Source of the DNA: Candidatus Micrarchaeota archaeon
GTDB taxonomy: Archaea; B1Sed10-29; JAJSAI01
Direction of reading: 5' to 3'
NCBI GenBank assembly: GCA_964625085.1
Contig: CAZVAJ010000003.1
Coordinates: forward strand, 953-64,952
Length of the DNA: 64,000 nucleotides
Both the position numbers and the translations under genes were made by a program. Below the pieces are notes generated by a model. The model worked only from the letters and a program-made list of their open reading frames with translations, searched no databases and was not told the origin of the DNA. How positions within the stretch are numbered: position 1 is the first letter of the stretch; every line of letters starts with the position of its first letter. Positions 26,848-35,755 of the stretch are shown here, piece by piece.

Positions 26848-27961
26848 AACCAAAACGTCAGACCAGATAAAGAGAGAGCAAGAAAAGCGGAGTATGGAAA
26901 GGATATACAACATGATGAAAACGATTGAGAAAGGAATCCTGAACGGCCAACCTCCTGAACTGGAAATGCCCGGCAGGGGAATGAATAATGCGATATACGA
27001 CAAAGAGAAGCACAGGCTAGTCTTAGGAGACAAGAAAACAAAAAGGAAGTACCTGAATGTTGCCCACACAAGAAAGTTCATGCAAACTCTCAAGGTTGCT
27101 GACGCATGCTATAATGAACTCTTGAAAAAACACAAGACAACAACAATCAGAGACCTTTTCTACAGCGTGCTTGGAACAATCCCTGGCACCAAAATACAAA
27201 CGTTCGACGACCAGAATGAATCAAATCAAGTTTCTGTAGACCTTGAAGTTGCTCTTGGTCTTGCAAGAGAAGATTTCAACCTAGTGGCAGAAAGCAGTGG
27301 GTCAGTCGTAGGAAACGTGGTCATAGAAGACCATAATGATATCATAGACTGGAGCAAAATGGGTTCAGGAGGCTGGAGCGTGCCCAGCATTGTCGACCAC
27401 ATTGTTTTCAAAAAAGTAAACGCCAAGTTCATACTCTACGTGGAGAAAAAGGCAGTCTGGAACAGGCTCAGAGAAGATGAGGTGTGGAAAAAGTATAACT
27501 GCGTTCTGGTGGCAACAAGAGGACAATCAGACAGAGGGACAAGAAGGCTCATAAAGAGGATGAGTGAAGAGTTTGATCTTCCGGTTTATGTTTTCACTGA
27601 CAGTGACCCTTACGGATGGTACATCTACTCCGTGATCAAGTACGGGTCAATGGCCTTGCCCCACACCAGCGAGTACCTTGCAACTCCGAACGCAAAGTTT
27701 GCTGGCATGAGCATGGATGATCTTGAAAAGTACAACATTCCAAAAAGCCACACCTTGCCAATGAAACCCACTGACATAAAGAGGGCAAAAGAAATGATGA
27801 AGTACCCTTGGTTCCAGTCTGAATTCTGGCAGAAGCAGCTTAAAAAAGCCATAGAAAGCAAAAGAAAGGCAGAACTTCAATCTCTTGCAAAGTATGGTAT
27901 TGAATTCATTTCAGAAACGTACATCCCTGACAAGATCAAGAACAAAGACTTTGTAGACTAA
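26840..27961 (+). CDS. top6A: DNA topoisomerase VI subunit A (Spo11 homolog)
   Basis: Toprim DSDPYGWYIY; 8-nt overlap with top6B. Confidence 0.9.
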   Translation: MSKTKTSDQIKREQEKRSMERIYNMMKTIEKGILNGQPPELEMPGRGMNNAIYDKEKHRLVLGDKKTKRKYLNVAHTRKFMQTLKVADACYNELLKKHKTTTIRDLFYSVLGTIPGTKIQTFDDQNESNQVSVDLEVALGLAREDFNLVAESSGSVVGNVVIEDHNDIIDWSKMGSGGWSVPSIVDHIVFKKVNAKFILYVEKKAVWNRLREDEVWKKYNCVLVATRGQSDRGTRRLIKRMSEEFDLPVYVFTDSDPYGWYIYSVIKYGSMALPHTSEYLATPNAKFAGMSMDDLEKYNIPKSHTLPMKPTDIKRAKEMMKYPWFQSEFWQKQLKKAIESKRKAELQSLAKYGIEFISETYIPDKIKNKDFVD

Positions 27962-27979
27962 TTTCAGGAGGAACACAAA

Positions 27980-28372
27980 ATGAAGGTTTATAGGCAAAGG
28001 AATCCGAAAAAGCTCTTCGAAACCCTATCAAATGAAAAAAGGGACTCCAATACTGAAGCGTATGTAAGTGCACGCCCGACCATTGAAATACTTAACAAGA
28101 TTGTTGACGTGCACCCTCATCTTAAGCGGCTTTACTGTCCTCCTAGCTTGTACCTTCAAGTGGGCAAGCACACGTTCACAAGAGCCAGAGACGCAGGGAT
28201 AGAGATTCTCGGAGGCCCGTTTCCTGCAGGCAGGCCTAATAAGTACAATGAAAAGGACGTTAACAGAATACTTTCAAGATGGAAGGCAGGAATGCCAGCA
28301 AAACGGATATCAAAGGAACTTGGCATCCCCCTGCGCACTGTTTACTTTTACATAAATGAATCAAAGGGATAG
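27980..28372 (+). CDS. Hypothetical protein with C-terminal resolvase-type (HTH_7-like) helix-turn-helix
   Basis: GRPNKYNEKDVNRILSRWKAGMPAKRISKELGIPLRTVYFYI resembles resolvase C-terminal HTH; no serine-recombinase catalytic domain. Confidence 0.4.
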   Translation: MKVYRQRNPKKLFETLSNEKRDSNTEAYVSARPTIEILNKIVDVHPHLKRLYCPPSLYLQVGKHTFTRARDAGIEILGGPFPAGRPNKYNEKDVNRILSRWKAGMPAKRISKELGIPLRTVYFYINESKG

Positions 28373-28383
28373 CTTGCATAACC

Positions 28384-28394
28384 TTTTTAATACT
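28384..28394 (+). promoter_or_regulatory. Candidate TATA box for tRNA-Asn
   Basis: ctttttaatac centred ~30 nt upstream of tRNA 5' end. Confidence 0.35.
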
Positions 28395-28419
28395 TGTAAA
28401 CCAAATTTTAGTATTCCTT

Positions 28420-28493
28420 GCCTCGGTGGCTTAGTTGGTTAAAGCACCCGGCTGTTAACCGGGAGATCGCCGGTTCGAATCCGGCCCGAGGCG
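28420..28493 (+). tRNA. tRNA-Asn (anticodon GTT); CCA encoded (to 28496)
   Basis: Acceptor GCCTCGG/CCGAGGC, anticodon arm CCCGG-CTGTTAA-CCGGG, T arm GCCGG-TTCGAAT-CCGGC. Confidence 0.9.
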
Positions 28494-28534
28494 CCAAACC
28501 AAAGTTTTTTATGGGCCGGATTTATAACGAGAGC

Positions 28535-28780
28535 ATGGCAAGAAAAAAAGCAAAAAAGATTGACAAAAGATTTTATTACCCCCTTCTGCTCTCAGCAGTG
28601 GGCCTGATACTCCTTCCAATCATATTCGGAATAGCAGGAATAGTGCTCGGAGTGATAACATTAGAAAAGGCCAAAAAGAAAGAAGAAAGAAACTGGTGTT
28701 ATGCTGGAATAGTCATGGGTATAGCAGTAATACTGTTGCCTTTTCTTATCTTATTTTTAACAAGCCCTGCAATTTACTAA
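28535..28780 (+). CDS. Small membrane protein (2 TM, DUF4190-like)
   Basis: Track ORF start 28418 is inside tRNA-Asn; likely start at Met 28511 or 28535; hydrophobic helices IILLPIIFGIAGIVLGVI and IVMGIAVILLPFLILF. Confidence 0.4.
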   Translation: MARKKAKKIDKRFYYPLLLSAVGLILLPIIFGIAGIVLGVITLEKAKKKEERNWCYAGIVMGIAVILLPFLILFLTSPAIY

Positions 28781-28782
28781 AA

Positions 28783-29226
28783 CTATTTCTCCTGTTCTTT
28801 TTTGAGAGCCATTAGTCTCTCTTTGAGTTTTTTAGATTCTTCCTGTTCAAGTGACCTTAATGCAACAGCAGTCCTATCAAGCGTTTTCTCATCCTGTTCT
28901 CCAAGAAATCTCCAGAATTCTATCTGGGCGTCCACTGAGTCCCTCAAAACTTCTTTTGTGTACAGCGGGGCGACCTTGCTTGCCCAGTCTATTCTGTCAA
29001 GGATCGCGATCTGTTTTTCAAGGGGCTGTTGCATGAGCCACAGCCTAACATCTGGAGGAGCGTTCTGAAAGTACTCGTTTTTCTCAAAAAGCTTGTTTAC
29101 CTTTTCAGCAAGAAGCTTTTTCAACTCTTCTTCTGTCCCTTTTTTTTCTTTTTCTATCTTTTTCTTGAGTTCCATCAGTTTCTTCATATCAACTTTTTTG
29201 GGGTTCGCGGGCAAGATGATCACCAC
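28783..29226 (-). CDS. Hypothetical coiled-coil protein
   Basis: Complete ORF 147 aa, K/E-rich. Confidence 0.35.
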   Translation of the reverse strand: MVIILPANPKKVDMKKLMELKKKIEKEKKGTEEELKKLLAEKVNKLFEKNEYFQNAPPDVRLWLMQQPLEKQIAILDRIDWASKVAPLYTKEVLRDSVDAQIEFWRFLGEQDEKTLDRTAVALRSLEQEESKKLKERLMALKKEQEK

Positions 29227-29249
29227 ACATTATATTCACGTAAGCCCTT

Positions 29250-29879
29250 TTATCTCTTTCTTATAGGCCAGCCCACTCTCTTTTTCTTTCGTACTTTCTT
29301 AAAGACGTGGTTTTCAGGCCTTTTTATGACCATCTTGGTGTATCCTCTTGGTGCTAATCCTGCTGCACCTGTTTTGCCTACTTGAACCGCTCTTTTCTTC
29401 CCCAGCACTTCAGAAATTGCTTTGCCTATGAATGTCATAGGAGGAGACTTGTACTTACGGATGCGCACTTCAAAACCTTTTTTCTTAACACCTTCTACAA
29501 ATTCTCGTAAATCCCTAGTCTCATAGTCCACTTCTCTCTCTTTCTGGCCTCTTGATAGCAGTCTCTCTGTACGTATTTCAAGCACGCCGCCTTTTTTCAA
29601 CGCGGGCAGAGCCCAGTCAGGAAGTTGCTTTGGCCCTTGCTCTGGAAAATTAAACATTATCAGGTCTGCCTTGTACGGAGGTCTGTAGTTGTAGTAGGAG
29701 GTTTTGTCCACGACCTTTAGGTTATTGGGCAGTTCGTCCTTTGGAACAATAACGTCCCTCATGTCCACTGCAATAACAAGCGTGTCAGGATGCTTCCTCG
29801 CATAGCTTATCGCGTCTATCGCTCCTGGTCCGCACCCAAGGTCATAAGCGACTCTCTTGTACTTCTTCTTTTTAACCAT
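29250..29879 (-). CDS. SAM-dependent methyltransferase with basic C-terminal tail
   Basis: Motif I YDLGCGPGAI; motif-like IAVDM. Confidence 0.7.
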   Translation of the reverse strand: MVKKKKYKRVAYDLGCGPGAIDAISYARKHPDTLVIAVDMRDVIVPKDELPNNLKVVDKTSYYNYRPPYKADLIMFNFPEQGPKQLPDWALPALKKGGVLEIRTERLLSRGQKEREVDYETRDLREFVEGVKKKGFEVRIRKYKSPPMTFIGKAISEVLGKKRAVQVGKTGAAGLAPRGYTKMVIKRPENHVFKKVRKKKRVGWPIRKR

Positions 29880-30350
29880 TCAAATCCTCTTTTTCATACC
29901 CTTTGACAAAACAAAAAATTTTTTCTGCTCATAAAACTTCTCAGCAAGTTTGTTCTTACTGTACACAGAAAGGGATAATGCCCCACAACCGTTAGCCCTC
30001 GCTTGTTCTTCAATCCAGTCCAGAAGTTTTGAGCCAACACCCTTACCTCTGTATTCTTCCTTCACGAAAATGTCAAGATAACCCTCCTTAAAACCGTCGG
30101 GCGCTATTCCTATCCTGCACCCTGCAAAACCTACTGTTCCCCCCTCTGACTCTGCAATCACAATAAAATGGTTAGGATCCTGAATCATGTTTAGCACGGT
30201 TTCCTCTGTCATTTTTTGTTCCCAGTGTTCTTGAATGTCTTTTTCTTTCTCGTTCAGCAAGGCCAGTTCACACTGTCTAAGCTGGTTATACATCCTGCTA
30301 AGTTCTCTTGCATCAGAGTCTCCCGCAAGCCTGAACTGAACACCCATCAT
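29880..30350 (-). CDS. GNAT family N-acetyltransferase
   Basis: Motif A YRGKGVGSKLLDWIEEQA. Confidence 0.8.
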   Translation of the reverse strand: MMGVQFRLAGDSDARELSRMYNQLRQCELALLNEKEKDIQEHWEQKMTEETVLNMIQDPNHFIVIAESEGGTVGFAGCRIGIAPDGFKEGYLDIFVKEEYRGKGVGSKLLDWIEEQARANGCGALSLSVYSKNKLAEKFYEQKKFFVLSKGMKKRI

Positions 30351-30384
30351 AACAAGAGGGGGTCTTTACCTTAATAATCTTTTC

Positions 30385-31470
30385 ATGCAACACAAATTTT
30401 ATATAATCTCACAAAAGATAACATTGCTAATGATAAAAAGCGTTGGACTTTTCGGAGATGAAACAAACCTTTTAGCTACTTCTGCTGTTGAAGAGACAAT
30501 CAATTTCATGAAACGCAATAAAGTAGAATGCTTTACTGACGAGAAACTGGGACTCGATCACAATCCCGTGAATGTGAAAGATCTGGAATGCGATCTTGTC
30601 CTCTGTTTTGGTGGGGATGGAGAACTCTTAAAAACGTTCCATAATCTTAGAAAAAAACAGATTCCAGTCATGGGAATCAACTGTGGGCAACTTGGGTTCA
30701 TGATGGATCTAGACAGAGCCAACTTCCTGAACTACCTGCCGCTGATCATAAAAGAAAAATTCCACATCCAAAAGAGAAACCGTCTTGAGATCAAAGGAAG
30801 TCGGGAAAAAGTGCCCTTAGCGCTTAATGAAATTGTCATCGCTCCATCAAAACCTGCAACAGTATTAAGATACGGGCTGAACATTGACAACGAAAAACTG
30901 TGGAGGGACAATTCTGATGGAATAATAATTTCAACACCAAGTGGTTCAACAGGGTATGCTCTTTCTGCAGGCGGCCCTATATGCTCGTACAATTCAGATG
31001 TCATGCTGATTGTTCCCTTAAACTCATTAAGCGAAACAAAGCCTCTTGTGATACCCAATAAATCAAAAGTAGAGATCTTTGACATTGCGTCACGCTATGG
31101 TACAGAAATAATCATAGACGGACAAGTGAGAATGAAAGCGGGGCAAAAAGTGGAAATAAGTGCTGCAGGGTCGCCGGCACTGCTTGCAAGAATGACTAAC
31201 CAGACTTACTCGCCCATCTCATCAAAAATACGGGAGAAGATATGTAACCTCCCAAACAGATCAATAAGGGAGTCAGCTCCGCCAGTGAAACTCATACTGA
31301 AAGTGTTAGAATCAGAAGGGGCATTAACAGAAACAGAGTTGATAAACAAAACAAACCTCCCTGTCAGCACAGTGCACAGGGCGGTAAAAGAACTGATGGA
31401 CAAGGAATTAATCAATAAGAAACAATATATAGGAGATTCAGGACAACCCCTCTACGTGCTAAATGTTTAG
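30385..31470 (+). CDS. nadK: NAD(+) kinase fused to C-terminal winged-helix domain
   Basis: GGDGELLKT, NEIVI, DGIIISTPSGSTGYALSAGGPI; extra ~80-aa C-terminal wHTH ALTETELINKTNLPVSTVHRAVKELMDKELI. Confidence 0.85.
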   Translation: MQHKFYIISQKITLLMIKSVGLFGDETNLLATSAVEETINFMKRNKVECFTDEKLGLDHNPVNVKDLECDLVLCFGGDGELLKTFHNLRKKQIPVMGINCGQLGFMMDLDRANFLNYLPLIIKEKFHIQKRNRLEIKGSREKVPLALNEIVIAPSKPATVLRYGLNIDNEKLWRDNSDGIIISTPSGSTGYALSAGGPICSYNSDVMLIVPLNSLSETKPLVIPNKSKVEIFDIASRYGTEIIIDGQVRMKAGQKVEISAAGSPALLARMTNQTYSPISSKIREKICNLPNRSIRESAPPVKLILKVLESEGALTETELINKTNLPVSTVHRAVKELMDKELINKKQYIGDSGQPLYVLNV

Positions 31471-31507
31471 AATTTACCAACCCGCTCGTTTTTTGTTCCA
31501 CAGAAAT

Positions 31508-31984
31508 TCATTCCTTTCTTTTGACTCTGCGGACTTCAAGGATTTCAGCCCCTCCTATCTTTTTTAGGGAATACTCAATAGTGTAGGGCGTGTTCCTGTA
31601 TCTTGCAGCCAACATCCTCACGGTCTTTATGGCTTCCATAGGAGGGTTCACGAATTTTATTGTTCCTTTCTCTTCTCTTAGAAGTTTGAGCAGGGCTTGC
31701 TCTCTTATTTTCTGCACTCCCTTTACTGGAGAAAAGTGAAAGTGGATCACTTGATCTTTTGTTTTTTCAACTATTCCCACTGGCTCGCTATCCCCTGCCC
31801 TAACAAGAATTATGCTCTGCTCTTCTTTCACGCTGGGTATTGCCTTTAGTACCCCTCTCTGTCTGTAAGATTTTACCATCAGGTGTACTGCATTTATCTT
31901 GTCTTTCCCTGTTTCAACCCGAGAAAACCTCACGCTTTTTTCCAGGGGCGTTTCTCTTTTCAGTACCCTAAGCTTTCTTGTCAA
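31508..31984 (-). CDS. Hypothetical protein (158 aa)
   Basis: Complete ORF; no recognised motif. Confidence 0.35.
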   Translation of the reverse strand: MTRKLRVLKRETPLEKSVRFSRVETGKDKINAVHLMVKSYRQRGVLKAIPSVKEEQSIILVRAGDSEPVGIVEKTKDQVIHFHFSPVKGVQKIREQALLKLLREEKGTIKFVNPPMEAIKTVRMLAARYRNTPYTIEYSLKKIGGAEILEVRRVKRKE

Positions 31985-31985
31985 A

Positions 31986-33278
31986 TTACTGTCCCCCCAA
32001 CAATCTTTTCACGCCTGCCGTGAGAGTTGCGAGTGATTCTTTTTGCCCCACTGGATTCTTTTTGTCCTTAACTTCTTCCCATGTTGCCTCGTCCAAAAGA
32101 TTGGGAACACTAATCCCAAGTTCTTTTGTGGCTTGTTGGATTGCTTGGTACGTCTCAGAATCAGGTTTAAAGTAACACGCTATAACCTTGTACTTTTCAG
32201 CATGCGCCTTTAAGAATTTTTTAACCCGCTCTGCTGTCACCTGGATATACTCTTGTTTTATCTCAGGAGTCTCTTCCCATTCTGGCCAGTCATACGAATT
32301 AAAAGGGTAATAGTCTGAGAACTCTATTGGTACCACTCCTGGAGTGGAAACCACTGTTCTTTGTATTTCTCTTAAGTGTCCAGTTCTCTTGAGCGCTTTG
32401 AATATCTTCTGGTGAGTCTGGCTCTTAGGGTAGGGTTTTCTGTATGAGCATGGCAAAAATAGTAGCAGTTCTTTTTTTCTTGGCTCATAGAACCTCTGGA
32501 GATAGTCCTGCCACACCTCAAAGTGAGGGTGGTTTAATGATTCTGAGGTTGCGCCCACTATTTTTACTCTTTTTTCAGGGGGGAACTTTGGCACAAAAAG
32601 GTAGTTCTCAAAATCTGTCTCAACCTTAGGATTATCTTTCCATTTTCCTACCCACTCTTCAAATTCTTTTTTGTCAAGCGGCTTCCACTCCCCCTTAATC
32701 CACAGATCAAACAGGGGTGCTTTCGAGTGGGGGAATGTGTTTATCGCGACTATTTCATCTGCATGTTCTATCGCGAACTCCATTGTCTTATCAAAATCAG
32801 CCTTGGTCCCGAAGGGGATGTTAACCATAACGTATGCTCTGACCTTTGCTCCAGAATCATGAAGCACTTTAACAGCATTTAAGAAGTCTTCTGAAGTGAA
32901 TCCTTTCGCGTATTTTTTTAGGACCTCATCATTCGCAGATTCCAGACCGATTGCAACTGTCAGCTTAAGGCCCTTGAATGGCTTTAAAGCGTCAGGGGTT
33001 ATGTATTCTGGCCTTGATTCTATCACAAGTTCTTGGATCCCTTGTGATTTGATGTATTCCGCAAACCATTCCCTAAACTGAGGGGAGAACTGTTTATCAT
33101 CAAGAAAAGAGCCTGATGCAAACACTTTAAGCTTTTTTACTCCTTTAAGTGCCCTTTTTTGGATTAGCTGTTTTGTCTGTTCTTCTGTGTACTTTCCTTC
33201 CAGCTTGCCCCAGCCGCAGGCATAGCATGCTCCCCAGCTGCATTTTCCCACGCTTAGTATAAGAGTTTCTGCTTTCAT
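31986..33278 (-). CDS. Radical SAM-like enzyme with atypical Cx4Cx2C cluster motif and C-terminal uncharacterised domain
   Basis: N-terminal KCSWGACYAC; radical SAM core signatures FASGSF, ESRPE, AIGLESANDEVLKKYAKGFTSEDF. Confidence 0.6.
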   Translation of the reverse strand: MKAETLILSVGKCSWGACYACGWGKLEGKYTEEQTKQLIQKRALKGVKKLKVFASGSFLDDKQFSPQFREWFAEYIKSQGIQELVIESRPEYITPDALKPFKGLKLTVAIGLESANDEVLKKYAKGFTSEDFLNAVKVLHDSGAKVRAYVMVNIPFGTKADFDKTMEFAIEHADEIVAINTFPHSKAPLFDLWIKGEWKPLDKKEFEEWVGKWKDNPKVETDFENYLFVPKFPPEKRVKIVGATSESLNHPHFEVWQDYLQRFYEPRKKELLLFLPCSYRKPYPKSQTHQKIFKALKRTGHLREIQRTVVSTPGVVPIEFSDYYPFNSYDWPEWEETPEIKQEYIQVTAERVKKFLKAHAEKYKVIACYFKPDSETYQAIQQATKELGISVPNLLDEATWEEVKDKKNPVGQKESLATLTAGVKRLLGGQ

Positions 33279-33282
33279 TTTA

Positions 33283-34041
33283 TCACGATACCTGGTTGTA
33301 TACTCCCTTTAGTTCAAGAGGGGACAGGCTCCTTACTTTCTTGTTATTGTTTATCTCTTTAGAGTAGTACTGTTGAACAACACTGCTTATGTTTTTGTTA
33401 GGGTGCCTAAAAACTTGTTTTATGAACTCTTCAAACCCTTGATCTTGGGGTACCTTTTTTCTTTTTAGTACGAGAACTGCTGAGTCCACTTTGGGCATGG
33501 GATGGAAATAACCACGTGGAACCTTCTCTGCTATCTTTCCTTCGTAGTAGTACTGGGTAATGACTGAAATGGGACCATATTCATGCCATCCAGGAGCTGC
33601 CAACACCTTTTCTGCGAACTCTTTTTGGAATGTTAAGACACAAAGTTCAGGAGATTCTTTCATTATTTTCATTAAGGCAGAAGCAGAAATGGAAAAAGGC
33701 ATGTTTGAAACGACCTTGTTGTACTCAGGAAGGTTTGCTTTCAGGTAGTCTTCAAACACAAACTGAATGTTTTGGAATTCAGAAAGTTCTGTTCTTAATA
33801 ACTGTTCAAGTCGTTTGTCTTTTTCTACTGCTATCACTTTGCCTGCTTTTCTTGCCAGTTCCCTTGTTAAAAACCCTGGACCTGGCCCAATTTCTAGTAC
33901 AGTGTCTTCTGGTTTCAGTTCTGCGTATCTAACTATTCTTTCAATAGTCCCTGAGTCTGCCATAAAATACTGATCTAAAGCATGAGACTGTCTAAAACGG
34001 TATTTAACAGAAAGCCTCATTATCTCCTGCCGAAGGTTCAT
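33283..34041 (-). CDS. ksgA: 16S rRNA (adenine1518/1519-N6)-dimethyltransferase KsgA/Dim1
   Basis: SAM motif VLEIGPGPGFLTRELA, motif IV VSNMPF. Confidence 0.9.
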   Translation of the reverse strand: MNLRQEIMRLSVKYRFRQSHALDQYFMADSGTIERIVRYAELKPEDTVLEIGPGPGFLTRELARKAGKVIAVEKDKRLEQLLRTELSEFQNIQFVFEDYLKANLPEYNKVVSNMPFSISASALMKIMKESPELCVLTFQKEFAEKVLAAPGWHEYGPISVITQYYYEGKIAEKVPRGYFHPMPKVDSAVLVLKRKKVPQDQGFEEFIKQVFRHPNKNISSVVQQYYSKEINNNKKVRSLSPLELKGVYNQVS

Positions 34042-34044
34042 CCC

Positions 34045-34629
34045 CTACCGCCTGTATCCAGGCCTGTGCTCCCTGTACGGCCTTGTAAAAATGTAGTACT
34101 TGGTGTCTCCTTTAAGCTCTTCTATGATCCTTTCTACAATTATGTTCTTTGGATCAGGCATAAGAGCAACTCTTTCGGAGATATCCTTAAAACTTTGAAA
34201 TGGCTTTTTTTCTCTTTGGGCGAGCAGGTCCCACATGTGCTTTTTCCCTATCCCTGGCAGCAGTTCAAGAGAGTGTTGTCTGACGGTGATACTGCCTGCT
34301 TTGTTAAAGAAGTTAACGAACTGTTCTTCTTTTTTACTAACAAGATCCTGTAACACATCTTCAAGCTCTTTTTGAGCAGTATTAGTAAGCTGGCTATACT
34401 TGATTCTTCCTTTTATGAATTGTACCTTCTCCCTTTTTTCAGGACCAATGTACACTCTTTCTCTAAGGTCAACTTTGACCTCTCTTTTTATGATTAGTTC
34501 AAGGAGTGTGAAATGATCTTCCCCTATGGCTTGCGCTATCGGTTCCTTCTTAAAATGCCCCGGGTACCCGATTGGAAGGTAATCAAGCACAATCGCATAT
34601 TCTTCCTTCAATTTCAGCACCTTTATCAT
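34045..34629 (-). CDS. DUF655-family HhH protein (conserved archaeal neighbour of rpoF/ksgA)
   Basis: HhH LELLPGIGKKHMWDLL; conserved L21e-RpoF-DUF655-KsgA gene order. Confidence 0.7.
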   Translation of the reverse strand: MIKVLKLKEEYAIVLDYLPIGYPGHFKKEPIAQAIGEDHFTLLELIIKREVKVDLRERVYIGPEKREKVQFIKGRIKYSQLTNTAQKELEDVLQDLVSKKEEQFVNFFNKAGSITVRQHSLELLPGIGKKHMWDLLAQREKKPFQSFKDISERVALMPDPKNIIVERIIEELKGDTKYYIFTRPYREHRPGYRR

Positions 34630-34949
34630 AGTTCAGAGAGTATATCAAGAATCTTTTCTATTTCTCCTTTGTCAATTTTTCTTTTTTGGAACATTGCCTG
34701 AACCTGTTCTGGTATTTCGGGTTTTGTGTTTACGAGTTGTACTGCCTCTTCTACTGTAAACCCGAGATCTATAAGCGCGTTTTTAGCTTTTTCTGTTTTA
34801 GTTGGGGCCGCAGCCATCTTGTTCAGGTAGGTGTAAGTAATCTTCTGTTCGTATGTTTGTTCTTCCCGCTTTTTTTTCTCTGCAGAGAGAATTTCTTTAG
34901 CTTCCGCTAATGTAACTGGTTTTTCTTCCAACACTTTTTTACCTATCAT
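34626..34949 (-). CDS. rpoF: DNA-directed RNA polymerase subunit Rpo4/F
   Basis: 107 aa; positional conservation between L21e and DUF655-KsgA; 4-nt overlap with downstream gene. Confidence 0.6.
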   Translation of the reverse strand: MIGKKVLEEKPVTLAEAKEILSAEKKKREEQTYEQKITYTYLNKMAAAPTKTEKAKNALIDLGFTVEEAVQLVNTKPEIPEQVQAMFQKRKIDKGEIEKILDILSEL

Positions 34950-34989
34950 TAACTATCACCCTCTTTTCCATAGTCATGAAAAGAACAGC

Positions 34990-35289
34990 TCACGCTGTTT
35001 GTTTTTGTAGATGGACTGGATGAACTATTACATCCTTGTATGAATCCAAGTCCTTTACTTTTACAACGTAACAAGACCCTTGCTTTCTGATAATCTTTCC
35101 AGTCCTGCCGCAAAATCGTCTGTAAGGGAGACCCTGGTGCACGCTTGGTTCTGGCTTAATATGTACTGAGTCTCCAACTTCAAACTTTTTCAAGAAAGCG
35201 TTAACATTAGGCATGCCCCTCTTTCTAGGAGGCTTTGACATCTTACCCCTTGTTTTGGATCTTGGGCCTTTATGCTTGTATTTCACCAT
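34990..35289 (-). CDS. rpl21e: Ribosomal protein L21e
   Basis: 99 aa basic; FEVGDSVHIKPEPSVHQGLPYRRFCGRTGKI...YVVKV typical L21e. Confidence 0.9.
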   Translation of the reverse strand: MVKYKHKGPRSKTRGKMSKPPRKRGMPNVNAFLKKFEVGDSVHIKPEPSVHQGLPYRRFCGRTGKIIRKQGSCYVVKVKDLDSYKDVIVHPVHLQKQTA

Positions 35290-35368
35290 GGTTATCGCCA
35301 GTATTTTTTCAAACTATCAAATATTTAAACCAAACTATTTATATTTTTAACTACAAAACAGTGGTTTC

Positions 35369-35686
35369 ATGGGAGATGATGACAAAAAAGGTGCTTGGAT
35401 AACTGAAGACGCTTTCCTAGTCCTTGGAATGGGCTTTTTCGTGATTTGCCTCTTTCTCGAATACACGCCAGGGTATTTTGCCCTGCTTTCAGGCCTGCTT
35501 AGCTTACTCGGAGTGTTTTCAGTGTTTTTAATGATTGTTGGAACATACAAGTACCTTACAAAACAGGAAACTTTTACTGTTGCTGCGGGATTTGTCCTTG
35601 CATTTCTGATAACTGTGTTCTTTAGCCCTGTGTATGTAATAAGACCTATTGCGGCAATACTCTCCATACTATCAGGCCTATTCTAG
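35369..35686 (+). CDS. Small integral membrane protein (3 TM)
   Basis: Hydrophobic helices; no family recognised. Confidence 0.4.
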   Translation: MGDDDKKGAWITEDAFLVLGMGFFVICLFLEYTPGYFALLSGLLSLLGVFSVFLMIVGTYKYLTKQETFTVAAGFVLAFLITVFFSPVYVIRPIAAILSILSGLF

Positions 35687-35703
35687 TGCTCTACATCGCA
35701 ACC

Positions 35704-35730
35704 TTTATAAAGTTTATAAAGGTATAAAGG
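35704..35730 (+). promoter_or_regulatory. Tandem TATA-box-like repeats TTTATAAAG-TTTATAAAG-GTATAAAGG upstream of TBP-like gene
   Basis: Three consecutive archaeal TATA-consensus copies 26-52 nt upstream of ATG at 35756; strong RBS AGGAGGT follows. Confidence 0.5.
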
Positions 35731-35755
35731 TTGATTTAAAAAAGGAGGTCCTAGA

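Noticed and set aside
28418-28534. N-terminal part of ORF 28418-28780 (MPRWLSWLKHPAVNREIAGSNPARG)
   Set aside because: It is a translation of tRNA-Asn. The real small membrane protein probably starts at Met 28511 or 28535.
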